Source: Chitinivibrionales bacterium (lineage in GTDB: Bacteria; Fibrobacterota; Chitinivibrionia; Chitinivibrionales; WJKA01). From it: a stretch of DNA of 31,247 bases. This document shows, piece by piece, positions 18,723 to 27,929 of this stretch; positions within the stretch are counted from its first letter, which is position 1, and every line of letters starts with the position of its first letter. A program made the position numbers and the translations under genes. The stretch is taken from assembly GCA_038247415.1 (NCBI GenBank), contig JBBRUX010000045.1:1-31247 (forward strand). Reading direction: 5' to 3'. The notes beneath the pieces are model-generated. The model was not told the DNA's origin and ran no database searches. It worked only from the letters and a program-made list of their open reading frames with translations.

Positions 18723-19298
18723 ATGATTACCTATTGCGTTAATCAAGGAACCAATGGCGACTACATAAAGATATTTCAGGATTCTCTTGTAGAGAAAATG
18801 AGGATCTTTAAGCCAGATCTTATAATTATTTCATGCGGATTTGATCTCAAAGCCAACGATGGGCTGGGTTCCTGCTCTGTTTCAGCAAAAGGCATTAGTC
18901 AACTTACAAAAATTCTGATGGATATCGCCGACGAACATTGTAATGGCCGTATTGTCTCGCTTCTCGAAGGCGGCTATTTCGATAGAGGATCAAATCCGCA
19001 AACCTATTATGGACTTTCTCAATGCGCAGAGAATCATGTAAGAACACTCATGACTGGCGAAATCCAGAACGAAACCGAGTTTTTTGTCTCATCGTCAATT
19101 AAACCAAAAGAATCCAAGAAAAGCATTCTGCCAGACAATTTTACACGATCTTTTAAACCAGCGTATGTATATGATATGAGAGGAAAATTGCTTTGCCCAT
19201 CTGGTTCCAAAGCATCTTTTCCTCCTGGCATATACCTTAAAATTGAAGAAAGTTTGAAAAATCACACTTCCCTGCGAACAACCTTAGCAGAGAAGTAA
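18723..19298 (+). pseudogene. C-terminal fragment of a histone-deacetylase-family (AcuC/AphA-like) Zn deacetylase with a secretion-tail-like C-terminus
   Basis: FKPDLIIISCGFDLKANDGLG and GRIVSLLEGGY are HDAC-family motifs. The N-terminal HH and DxH motifs are absent. Tail VYDMRGKLL...PGIYL. Confidence 0.82.
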
Positions 19299-19380
19299 CC
19301 CCGCCAAAATCTGCAACCGCGAGTATCGAAGAAGGTACCTTTTAGTTGACCTCTACGGGAAGAAAGACTCAGGTTTATGT

Positions 19381-19823
19381 GCCTCAAAAAGTGTCCTGAT
19401 CGTTGGGAACAGCTTTACTTATTATAACAACGGCGTTGATACCCACCTTCAGCGACTCTTCGATTCGGCGAACATCGACTGCCATGTTTCTTCCTCCACG
19501 GGTGGCGGATATACCTTGAATAACCACTTCAATGATAGCAATTCCATGAAGGCTATCAAGGACGGCTATAACGGCAAGCCGTTGGATCTAACACCTACTT
19601 TGAATTGACTTGGTCCTATAAAAGCGTAACCGACAACTCCATGTTCAACGCCCTTATCGCAGGTTAGGACTCAGCATCAAACCTGTGCGGTAAAGCTCCC
19701 GTTGTTCCGGCAGGCTATGCGTGCATGAGCCTACGCGATAGCCTGGATATTTATGCTGACGATAAACACCCGACCCCATTTACCACGTACATGATTGCCT
19801 GCACCTTTTTTCAGACTATTTGA
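19381..19823 (+). pseudogene. Degraded SGNH-hydrolase-family gene (DUF4886-like)
   Basis: Not in the ORF track. Frame 1: SVLIVGNSFTYYNNGVDTHLQRL..GGGYTLNNH..GKP. After a frameshift near 19590-19608, frame 3: TWSYK..MFNALIAG*DSA..VVPAGYA..IYADDKHPTPFTTYMIACTFF (TAG at 19665). GNS and DxxHP blocks are present. No start codon, and the middle block is deleted. Confidence 0.75.
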
Positions 19824-20004
19824 TTCTAACGTTAACCGGTCGAACAGTCAATCATGGATCACATTCAGGTTCTATCAACGGTGCAGGGAATGGCTGAGGC
19901 GTTTACATCATCAAAGCCGCTCAACGCGACCAGAACAGTGTGCGAAAGGTTGCTATAAATGCAATTTTAAAATGACCGCATTGCAACAATTACCGAGCAC
20001 TCTT

Positions 20005-20199
20005 TTATGCAGGTTTCAACAGTGAGGAAAGATACGTCGTGAGATCATTCTCCCCCGAATCGAATTCGGCAACACGGGATTCGGAGTACATCTCGATCGG
20101 GTAGGAAACTGCCGGCCTTAGAATAATCCCCTGATCCAAAGATTCCACCATGATCGTACCACGCAAACTCAACCTGCGCGCGCATTTATGAGACATCAA
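20005..20199 (-). pseudogene. AbrB/MazE/SpoVT-like antitoxin remnant, N-terminus missing or degraded
   Basis: RRLSLRGTIMVESLDQGIILRPAVSYPIEMYSESRVAEFD resembles the C-terminal half of AbrB-type antitoxins. No GQ(I/V)TLP start and no recognisable toxin downstream. Confidence 0.5.
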
Positions 20200-20216
20200 G
20201 GAAACGCAAGGGAGGT

Positions 20217-21524
20217 TTAGATATCATTAAGCATGCTGCGAATCATGGTTCGAAGCCGTCCGGCGCTCTCCCAAAAGAATGCGCCATAAGGGATATCTCT
20301 TCCTGTCTCATAAGCTTTTTCAAAAATGATCCCTTGCTTTACAAGCGCTTTTTCTGCATGACGCACTGGTTGAATCATGATGGAGCCCTCGGTCTTGCAC
20401 CGTGTTTCTGATGAAGCATCGTGCTCATAGCGAGAAATTTGAACCGTAACATCAAAAACCAGGTCATATAAATCGGATGGTCCAGCTATGCGCATATTGC
20501 AGCTATCCCGCAAAAACTTCTCTAAGTTTGACGCTGTAGCGAAATCGGGCGGGATGGCAAGATCGCTTACAGCATTGACAGCATAATGGATTGCACACAA
20601 CGGAGCCGATATCTTAAACATAAGCATGTGATCGGGGACCGTGCCGGTAACTCCTAAATTTTTGAGCCTCCATTCGCCACCATCCCCGCATTGACTGGCG
20701 GGATCTAACTTTACATACAAAAAAGAGCCATTTACGACATAGGGAATTGTCATGCTATTAAGCCCTAATTGCCCACCCGCATCGGTTTTTCCCATAGCAA
20801 CTTTTTTTCCCGAAGGCAGTATCACACAGAGCGAAACGCCGTGTAAAGGAATTGAATCGAAAAGAACCTTTACAGCACAATTATTGGATGGTTCCGAACC
20901 TGGTTTTCCAACAACCACCATGCTGGGAGAAAAAAACGAAAGTTTGTGCACCAAAGCAGTAAGACGTTCCAGAGCGTCGGGGATTAATAGCTTTGTCGAA
21001 TCAGGTTCACACAGGAGAGAATCACCTACGTGTCCGTAAGCATTAAACAAGGATTGGACAAGATTTGAATAGTAGCCGCTATAATCGTGCTTTGATTCTG
21101 CCACTACCGCTTGCGCATAAAACCCGCGTGCCATCGAGTCGCAAATCTGATTATACTGGGTAATTGCGGTAACTATCTGCTCTTGGGAAAGTGCTATGGT
21201 GTAATACCAATCACGCAGCTCAATTTTAGAGGTGATCTCGGCGCTTGGTAAACATTTATCGAGTAATGCAGCAACATGCGCTCTTCGTACAGGATTGGCA
21301 ATATCCCATTGTTTTTGAACATTCTCATTGATCCAGGCATATAGTTCGATCCTAAGGCTATCAGTAGCAGCCTTTTTTGCCCGAGCCGTGATTTCTGCAT
21401 TTACTGGAGTGGTGAGCTTGATCAAACTCACACCTTGAGCAGAACGCCCAAAGAGAGGGGAAACAGTAACCGATGCACAGAGGATTAACACGCCAACTAA
21501 AAAATATTTACACATGAATACCAT
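20217..21524 (-). CDS. Hypothetical exported protein
   Basis: Long open frame. Signal-peptide-like MCKYFLVGVLILCASVTVS suggests a start at 21524 or 21515 rather than 21596. No family recognised. Confidence 0.7.
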   Translation of the reverse strand: MVFMCKYFLVGVLILCASVTVSPLFGRSAQGVSLIKLTTPVNAEITARAKKAATDSLRIELYAWINENVQKQWDIANPVRRAHVAALLDKCLPSAEITSKIELRDWYYTIALSQEQIVTAITQYNQICDSMARGFYAQAVVAESKHDYSGYYSNLVQSLFNAYGHVGDSLLCEPDSTKLLIPDALERLTALVHKLSFFSPSMVVVGKPGSEPSNNCAVKVLFDSIPLHGVSLCVILPSGKKVAMGKTDAGGQLGLNSMTIPYVVNGSFLYVKLDPASQCGDGGEWRLKNLGVTGTVPDHMLMFKISAPLCAIHYAVNAVSDLAIPPDFATASNLEKFLRDSCNMRIAGPSDLYDLVFDVTVQISRYEHDASSETRCKTEGSIMIQPVRHAEKALVKQGIIFEKAYETGRDIPYGAFFWESAGRLRTMIRSMLNDI

Positions 21525-21647
21525 ACCTTGATGAGGTCTGATACCTGTCGTAAACATATACCATACTATAATACACCATAGTATATTAAAATACATGCCC
21601 CCTGTGTTCTAAAGCAACGATTCACAATGTATTTTGATAAAATACTT

Positions 21648-22301
21648 ATGAATACCCCACTCTTTCGATCCCCTTTTCGGTTCGCACTGCATACAGCCCT
21701 ATGCTTATTTATGGTATGCTTCCCTACAGCAATTTTTGGGCAATCACCACGACCATGCATTATTCTTGGAAGCCAAACCACGGTAAACGATCCCCGCTGG
21801 AAAGACAAGCGGATTGGTTTTGGAATCTCAAACCTTATTGCTGAGATTATCTATGATTCAAAACAATTTTCACTTTTTGATGAAAAGGAGTCTGTACGCG
21901 AATCGCTCGCACAGGTACGCGCGCTCATGTGGAATGGCGATGCGCATTGCATAGACTTTGCCATTGCAAAGCTCCAAAGCGATTCTATTGTAACGATTAT
22001 CGGGCGTGTGATTTCGTGCAATGCTCCCAAATCGCGTGCTTCGCTCGGACCTTTTTCTGCTGGAACCGATAAGATTATTATCACCTCAGACGTTGAAATC
22101 ATCGTTTCAAATCGTCTCACATATGTTGGCCGTGGAACAGGATCCGCTACAAAAACAGCTACCGGATCGTTTCTTTCACTTTCGGAAAATGCAATTCTTT
22201 TCGATCAAACAACTCTTGGAAGTGCCCTGCAACAATCTATTTCGAGTGCCACAAAAAGTGCTCTCTCGCAATATTTACAAAAGGCTAAAAATGCGCGTTA
22301 A
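21648..22301 (+). CDS. CsgG/HfaB-like exported protein, paralog 1
   Basis: Signal peptide (..CFPTAIFG). IGFGISNLIAEIIYDSKQFSLFDEK and FDQTTLGSALQQSISSA match the downstream paralog and the CsgG/TolB-N-like pattern. Start is 21627 or 21648. Confidence 0.6.
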   Translation: MNTPLFRSPFRFALHTALCLFMVCFPTAIFGQSPRPCIILGSQTTVNDPRWKDKRIGFGISNLIAEIIYDSKQFSLFDEKESVRESLAQVRALMWNGDAHCIDFAIAKLQSDSIVTIIGRVISCNAPKSRASLGPFSAGTDKIIITSDVEIIVSNRLTYVGRGTGSATKTATGSFLSLSENAILFDQTTLGSALQQSISSATKSALSQYLQKAKNAR

Positions 22302-22983
22302 TCCGATTTGTCATGCTCTCGTTGTGTGGTGCGCCACCCTTATGTTTTGCGCACACGTCAAGACAACAACACCAGTCAACGAAACAAAAAACGATCACAC
22401 TATTTTAGAAACCCGCTATGAAGGTCCAAAAACACGCATCAAAGTTATACAATTTGATATTCCGCAGCATTATCTGGTTCAGTACCCAGAACTCGCACAA
22501 AAAAATGTAGGATTTGGTTTATGCAGCAGATTAGTTGACGGGCTTTATGAGACGAACCGGTTTGCATGTCTCGAAGAAAAAGATTCCATTACGCAAAGAA
22601 TTTTTGATCAATGGAAATTGAGCCAGAGCGGCGCAGTTTCAGATTCAACTATCATAGAACAAACCGGGCTATCGGCCCCTCAATATCTCATGTATGCAGA
22701 AGTGTATGACTTTTCGGTAGGATCTAGCGAAGCCCTCGTTGGCGTTGCTGCATCTTCCAATACAACAACACGCATCGGTATTCAAATAAGGCTTGTCGAT
22801 GTTAAAAATGGGTCGTTCATCCCAGCATCGGGAATTGGCGAAGTTGCTATAGCAAAAACCGGTACCATTTGGGCGCTAGACGAAAAATCCTTTGACCAGT
22901 CTACTGTTGGTAAAGCTAGTCAGTTTGCCATTACTACTGCAATTAATCAGCTCGTGCGCAGGCTTCCCCAAAAAACACAATAA
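22291..22983 (+). CDS. CsgG/HfaB family protein (probable lipoprotein), paralog 2
   Basis: Start reassigned to ATG 22291 (11-bp overlap with the upstream gene). Leader ends LMFC. Motifs YEGPKTRIKVIQF, LYETNRFACLEE, YAEVYDF, IQIRLVDVKNG, FDQSTVGKA. Confidence 0.75.
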   Translation: MRVNPICHALVVWCATLMFCAHVKTTTPVNETKNDHTILETRYEGPKTRIKVIQFDIPQHYLVQYPELAQKNVGFGLCSRLVDGLYETNRFACLEEKDSITQRIFDQWKLSQSGAVSDSTIIEQTGLSAPQYLMYAEVYDFSVGSSEALVGVAASSNTTTRIGIQIRLVDVKNGSFIPASGIGEVAIAKTGTIWALDEKSFDQSTVGKASQFAITTAINQLVRRLPQKTQ

Positions 22984-23002
22984 CCTTTTCGGTTATTGTT
23001 TT
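22971..23002. terminator. Probable bidirectional intrinsic terminator between convergent genes
   Basis: 9-bp perfect stem ACAATAACC/GGTTATTGT (22977-22999) with a 5-nt loop, an A tract on the left and a T tract on the right. Confidence 0.6.
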
Positions 23003-23924
23003 AGAACCGGGTACTTGCTCCCAGGGTAATTCGAAGCATTGCCAAAGATGTCTTGTTGGTTGAATTGGCACTCTTTGGCATAAAAACCTTGGGCCATTTT
23101 ATTCCAGGAACTAGTACAAACTTTTCCGAAACGCTAATGCTTGAAGAAGCGCCTATAACTATAAACTCATGCGATACAGCAAGATCAACATGTGCATTTA
23201 TTTTTTCGGTAGCCTGATAGTCAACAGAGCCAAGCAGTGCGTAGGGAAATGTTGAATAACCTTTTTTATCAATAAGTGCTATTGCATACCCGACAAAAAA
23301 ACCAGCGTTCCAATCTATCGGACCTACGTTTTCTGAATATACACCTGTAAGAAGAGGGTTTATCGAAGTCTTGACAAATCCTTTCCCTGCTTGCCAGTTG
23401 ACATTAAGCCTTGCACTAGCATGAATGTGTTGAAGATATTCGCGTTTATAAAACCCGCTGATCAAAAAGAAATTGGACCCACTGGAAACTGATCCAAAGG
23501 TATCCTTTGCAAATACAACACCTTCATCGTACAGGGCCCCGCCAAAGGCCGACACATCATCGGGCCAATAAGCATATTCAGCCTTTCCTGCAAAAACCGA
23601 CCCAAATGTTTCCCGCGCACTGCCAAAACCAAAATCTTGGGTATGGTGTAGATAGCCATATTCTAAATTGCAGCTCACATCATGCGGGATCGAAAGAAGA
23701 GAGAGCGTTGCAGATTTAGCCCCTTTTTGCTGTTCATTTATTGACACACGCGGTTCCACAAGAGATCCAACTTCAGGAATATCTACCCAATTATAATTGC
23801 TTGCGGTACCTGGCACTGGCATGTCGGGTTGAGCTGCAATGGTTTCGGGTACCCAAAGTGCTTGAACGGGAAAAAACAAACAACCAACAACAAGAGCACT
23901 CAAAAGAACTTGAGAAACGCGCAT
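23001..23924 (-). CDS. Probable outer-membrane beta-barrel protein of unknown function
   Basis: Signal peptide ..FFPVQA, alternating hydrophobic/aromatic strands, and a C-terminal strand LRITLGASTRF ending in Phe. Confidence 0.7.
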   Translation of the reverse strand: MRVSQVLLSALVVGCLFFPVQALWVPETIAAQPDMPVPGTASNYNWVDIPEVGSLVEPRVSINEQQKGAKSATLSLLSIPHDVSCNLEYGYLHHTQDFGFGSARETFGSVFAGKAEYAYWPDDVSAFGGALYDEGVVFAKDTFGSVSSGSNFFLISGFYKREYLQHIHASARLNVNWQAGKGFVKTSINPLLTGVYSENVGPIDWNAGFFVGYAIALIDKKGYSTFPYALLGSVDYQATEKINAHVDLAVSHEFIVIGASSSISVSEKFVLVPGIKWPKVFMPKSANSTNKTSLAMLRITLGASTRF

Positions 23925-24088
23925 GAATTTCCCCTTCGAAAATGTGTTACATTTGTCAGTGCAGATATATTACAGTGAGTACTTATTCTTTAACGCAAAA
24001 ATATGCATTACAATTTAGGATACACAAGCATCATTGCTTGAATATAAGCTGATTATAACATAATCCCAGAAGTATTTCACGCATACTG

Positions 24089-24856
24089 CTAGCGTACTTT
24101 AGCGGGAGGAATTTCCTTTTCGGGAGAATTCTTAAGAATGGTGGCCTCATCGGAATCGGGGCATTGTTCGAGAAGCTTTTTAAAGACCATATCGCGAGAT
24201 TTATCCTTTTTGGCGAGTTCAAATACGAGCCCAAGCTTATGCAAAGCGCTACAAATCTTTTTACCCTGAGGATATGTTTTGATATAACCCAGCAAGGCTT
24301 CTTCGGCAGCTTGATAATTATTGAGAAGATAGTAGCTCTCTGCGATAAAATATGTAGCTTCATCGATGAGGGGAGATTCTGGATAGCGAACTTTAAAGTC
24401 TTTAAACCCGCCAATTGCAAGTTCATAGCGCTTTGCATTGAAATCGTCGGTTGCCAATTGATAGAACTTGGCAGTTTCATCGACCTTTTGCTTAACTGCA
24501 AGGGAATCTGCTTTGGCTTTTTCTTCCCATTTACTTTTAAATTCCTGTGTTTTTTTATCTATCTGAGAAAGTCTTTGCTGACTTTCGGAAAGATTGCCGG
24601 CAATCGATTCAACCTTGCGGTCGATTTCGGAAAACCGCAGCTGTTGATCTGCGCGAAGCAATCGGATCAGTTCATATTCATCTTTTTGCTGCTTTGTGAT
24701 TGCATCCTGAAATAGGGATAATTGAGCACGCGTAGAATCGATGCGCGATTCGACAGCTTTAAGTTCCTCTATGCGAAGCAATGTTATGCGAGAGCACCCG
24801 CTGGTGCTCACAAGAGGTAATGCAGAAAGAAGAATCAACAAATATCTCTTGAGCAT
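24089..24856 (-). CDS. cpoB: Tol-Pal system protein CpoB/YbgF (coiled coil + TPR), lipoprotein-type leader
   Basis: Directly downstream of pal. N-terminal coiled coil; TPR part AIGGFKDFKVRYPESPLIDEATYFIAESYY..YPQGKKICSALHKLG..PDSDEA. Leader ends STSGC. Confidence 0.88.
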   Translation of the reverse strand: MLKRYLLILLSALPLVSTSGCSRITLLRIEELKAVESRIDSTRAQLSLFQDAITKQQKDEYELIRLLRADQQLRFSEIDRKVESIAGNLSESQQRLSQIDKKTQEFKSKWEEKAKADSLAVKQKVDETAKFYQLATDDFNAKRYELAIGGFKDFKVRYPESPLIDEATYFIAESYYLLNNYQAAEEALLGYIKTYPQGKKICSALHKLGLVFELAKKDKSRDMVFKKLLEQCPDSDEATILKNSPEKEIPPAKVR

Positions 24857-24980
24857 ATACAAGTCCTTATTGTAAACAGGGAATACACCTTGAAACATTA
24901 GCATCACAACACCTCTCTATGCAAGGAATTCCCCTGCTCAAAGAGATTGTAAACCAAATACATCTAGAGCGCAAACCATT

Positions 24981-25538
24981 TTATTTTGCAAGCACTTGAA
25001 ACTCTGCGCGTCTGTTTTTAGCATGACAAGCATCATCTGAACCGCAATTAGGAGTTGCTGGTCGTTCTTTGCCATACGAAGTTACTTCCAAGCGATGTGC
25101 CTGAATTCCATAGGTTGAAAAATATTCCTTTACAGCCCGTGCGCGACTTTCTCCAAGTGCCATGTTGTATTCGGAAGATCCGCGCTCATCGCAATGTCCT
25201 TGAACCAGAATCCGCAAGTTAGGATAATCGCTTAGAAATTTAGCTGCTTTGCCAAGATTACCAACAGTCTCTTGAGTTAATTTAGAACTATTGTACTCAA
25301 AATAAACCGCTAGCAAGTTTTCTCGAACCATGCGCTCGAGTTCTGCAGCAAGCTGAGCTTCGCGAAAGCTTGCATTGTCGGATGTATCTACAACTGTTGG
25401 TTTTTCCACAACAGCAGGTGCTGGTGGAGCAACTTCAGCTTTCTTTTCGGGCATTGGACTAACCTTAGGCTTGCAACCAACAACAAGACCCAACCCTAAA
25501 AGCAATGACAAACCAAAAACGAGATGTCGAGATTTCAT
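24981..25538 (-). CDS. pal: Peptidoglycan-associated lipoprotein
   Basis: Lipobox VVGC; OmpA-like domain VYFEYNS..GHCDERGSSEYNMALGESRA..SYGKERP..NRRAEF. Confidence 0.95.
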   Translation of the reverse strand: MKSRHLVFGLSLLLGLGLVVGCKPKVSPMPEKKAEVAPPAPAVVEKPTVVDTSDNASFREAQLAAELERMVRENLLAVYFEYNSSKLTQETVGNLGKAAKFLSDYPNLRILVQGHCDERGSSEYNMALGESRARAVKEYFSTYGIQAHRLEVTSYGKERPATPNCGSDDACHAKNRRAEFQVLAK

Positions 25539-25550
25539 AAGAATCCTCCA

Positions 25551-26804
25551 TTAATATGTTAAAGACCAATCTGGCATTTTTGCATTTCCACTAGTCGTTA
25601 ATTGATGAACATCAGTACCATTTGCACGAATTGAAAAAATATCACTTTTCCCACCCCGAGTGCAAACAAAAACCAAATGAGTCCCATCAGGAGACCAGCA
25701 AGGATATTCGTTGCTACCCACTACATTCGTAATTTGTTGAGCAGAAGTTCCATCTACTTTAATTGTCCAAACATCAAACTTACCGCTTTGCAAAGATGCA
25801 TACGCAATATAATCACCCTTAGGCCCCCACGATGCACCATCCTGATAATCGCCTTCGAAGGTGAGCCTTTTTGGATTACTCCCATCGCGATCCATTATAT
25901 AAATTTGAGGGGAACCGCTTCTATCGGATGTAAAAGCAAGTTGCCCACCATTGGGTGACCATGTTGGTGAAATATCTATGGCATTACTCGTTGTAATCCT
26001 GCGAAGATTCGATTTATCCGAATCACAGGTATAAATTTCCATATTGCCCTCGCGTGACGATGCGAAAGCAACTTTGCCATCTATCGGAGACACGGTGGGT
26101 GATGTTTGAATATAGCGGCTGTATGAGAAAATATCGCTTTTCCCTGTGATCAAAGATCCTTTGTAAATATCGGGTTTTCCGCGTAGGTAAGATACCCACA
26201 CAAACCGGGTGCTATCCATAAATGCTGGAAAAATATTTATGGACTCATTTGAAACCACTTTTCGCTGATTGGCACCATCGTAATCCATGAGCCACAGGGT
26301 TTTAGTTTTACCTTCGTCCTTGACAAAAATGATCTTGCTAAAAAACGGGGCGCGTTCGTTACAAATAGCAGAAAGGATATCTGCAGCATAGCGATGTGCT
26401 ACAACCCTAATATCAGAAAGTGGTGCTTGATATTTCTTGCCAAGAATTAAAGTTTTTGTTCCTACTTCATACAAAAGACAATTGAGTTCAATATTATCCC
26501 CAACAATGGTATAGTCGCCATCGATATATAATGCGATATTTCGTTGAGCAAAAGCAACACTATCGATACGAGGAGCCCGATACATGCTGAATCGTGTTGT
26601 AAAGGCGAGATCATCGGCAATGATTTTCCAGGGTTCGTTTTGCGTTAAGGCAGTTGTTGATGCACCGGGCTTAAATTTAAGGATAGCAACCGGTATACTA
26701 TCAAATTTGCTCGCGTAAACTTCCAGATTCACACGATCTGCAGCGCACAGAGCAGAAACCAAAGTCATTCCCAAAAACATAAGACCTATCAAACGTCGTT
26801 GCAT
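25551..26804 (-). CDS. tolB: Tol-Pal beta-propeller protein TolB
   Basis: Signal peptide, TolB N-domain, PD40 repeats (SPTWSPNGGQLAFTSDRSGSPQIY, PCWSPDG, PDWS); operon context. Confidence 0.93.
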   Translation of the reverse strand: MQRRLIGLMFLGMTLVSALCAADRVNLEVYASKFDSIPVAILKFKPGASTTALTQNEPWKIIADDLAFTTRFSMYRAPRIDSVAFAQRNIALYIDGDYTIVGDNIELNCLLYEVGTKTLILGKKYQAPLSDIRVVAHRYAADILSAICNERAPFFSKIIFVKDEGKTKTLWLMDYDGANQRKVVSNESINIFPAFMDSTRFVWVSYLRGKPDIYKGSLITGKSDIFSYSRYIQTSPTVSPIDGKVAFASSREGNMEIYTCDSDKSNLRRITTSNAIDISPTWSPNGGQLAFTSDRSGSPQIYIMDRDGSNPKRLTFEGDYQDGASWGPKGDYIAYASLQSGKFDVWTIKVDGTSAQQITNVVGSNEYPCWSPDGTHLVFVCTRGGKSDIFSIRANGTDVHQLTTSGNAKMPDWSLTY

Positions 26805-26809
26805 GATGT

Positions 26810-27517
26810 TTACCTTAATGCTGTGTTAAGTTTTACCGAAAATTCCTGTCGATCAGCCGAAAATGCTGGCGGTAAGCTTGAAAAGGGTGCAGCCTGATTA
26901 ACTGCATTCATAGCTAAATTATCTACAACGGTAGATCCAGCCGATTCACTTACCACAACCTCCGAAATGGTGCCATTCTGAAAAATGGTAAATGCCACGG
27001 TTACTGTCACATCTTTTTTTTGCGAAGGAGGTTGCCATTTCGATTCGATTTTAGATTGCACATACATTAAATAGGCGTTGAACCGAAATTTCCCCACAGC
27101 AGACACCTGCGCTGGTGGCGGAATTTCGTTGAGCAAACTGCTCAATTCATCAAGATTTTCCTGTGGTGGCGGCGGTTCGCGCTGCTCAACCTTTTCTGGT
27201 TCTGCTTTTTTAGAGTCCTTGGTTTTCTGAGCTGCTGGTTTTGGTGCTGGTTTTGGTTTTGCCGGTGCCTGTGCAGTAGCTTTGGCAGCAGGCTGCGGCG
27301 CTACAATCGGTGAGGGTGGTGTTGGTAGTCGTGGTGGAGCAACAAGTTGAAATGCTTGAGGGCGCTCGTAGACAACCTTGCGATTAAGCAAATGTGTTAG
27401 CAAGGGAACAACACCTGCAAGAAATAAATGCAGCGTGAGCGATATAATAATGAATGGAACAAGCGCCGAATCGTCGGGTTTGCGAAGTGCCTGCATGCCT
27501 GACGATTCATCGCTCAT
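26810..27517 (-). CDS. tolA: TolA/TonB-family energy transducer
   Basis: TM with SLTLH motif, Pro/Ala/Lys-rich linker, and TonB-type C-domain (KIESKWQPP..SAGSTVVDNLAMNAVNQAAPFSSLP). Lies between tolR and tolB. Confidence 0.8.
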   Translation of the reverse strand: MSDESSGMQALRKPDDSALVPFIIISLTLHLFLAGVVPLLTHLLNRKVVYERPQAFQLVAPPRLPTPPSPIVAPQPAAKATAQAPAKPKPAPKPAAQKTKDSKKAEPEKVEQREPPPPQENLDELSSLLNEIPPPAQVSAVGKFRFNAYLMYVQSKIESKWQPPSQKKDVTVTVAFTIFQNGTISEVVVSESAGSTVVDNLAMNAVNQAAPFSSLPPAFSADRQEFSVKLNTALR

Positions 27518-27518
27518 T

Positions 27519-27929
27519 TCAAATCCTGCCTGTCTTATCAAGAGGTTGCGTTAAAAAACCTAGCTTGACAGCCCCCGCATTTTGAATATCATTGATAAGA
27601 CGCACGACAAGGCCATAAGGAACCCTTTTATCCGCATTTAAAAAAATAGGAGTCTTTACTTTTCCGGCCAAAACTTCTTTAAACCTTTTCCCAAATTCAA
27701 GGAGTGACGTTTTTTCCTGATCGATGTAGATCTCATTGCGAGCGTTGACAGATACCTGAATGTACTCGTTGACTTCTACATTTTCCGATTCAGCTTTGGG
27801 CAGATCAACCTGCACGCCTTGCGTCATCATGGGGGCTGTAATCATGAAAATAATCAGTAACACGAGCGTAATATCAACCAAGTTTGTAATGTTGAGATCG
27901 GCAATCAGACGCCGTTTTGCGCGGCGCAT
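27519..27929 (-). CDS. tolR: TolR/ExbD family protein
   Basis: LNITNLVDITLVLLIIFMITAPMM..VDLPKA..NADKRVPYG. Confidence 0.92.
   Translation of the reverse strand: MRRAKRRLIADLNITNLVDITLVLLIIFMITAPMMTQGVQVDLPKAESENVEVNEYIQVSVNARNEIYIDQEKTSLLEFGKRFKEVLAGKVKTPIFLNADKRVPYGLVVRLINDIQNAGAVKLGFLTQPLDKTGRI

Noticed and set aside
18272..19298. Track ORFs 18272..18724 (-) and 18528..19298 (+) as intact genes
   Set aside because: Only their 3' parts match kelch and HDAC families. The overlapping 5' parts look like non-coding read-through.
19586..19669. attC-like pair ATCTAAC ... GTTAGGA suggesting an integron cassette array
   Set aside because: There is no symmetric internal complementarity and no integrase, and the sequence is explained as SGNH-hydrolase coding remnant.
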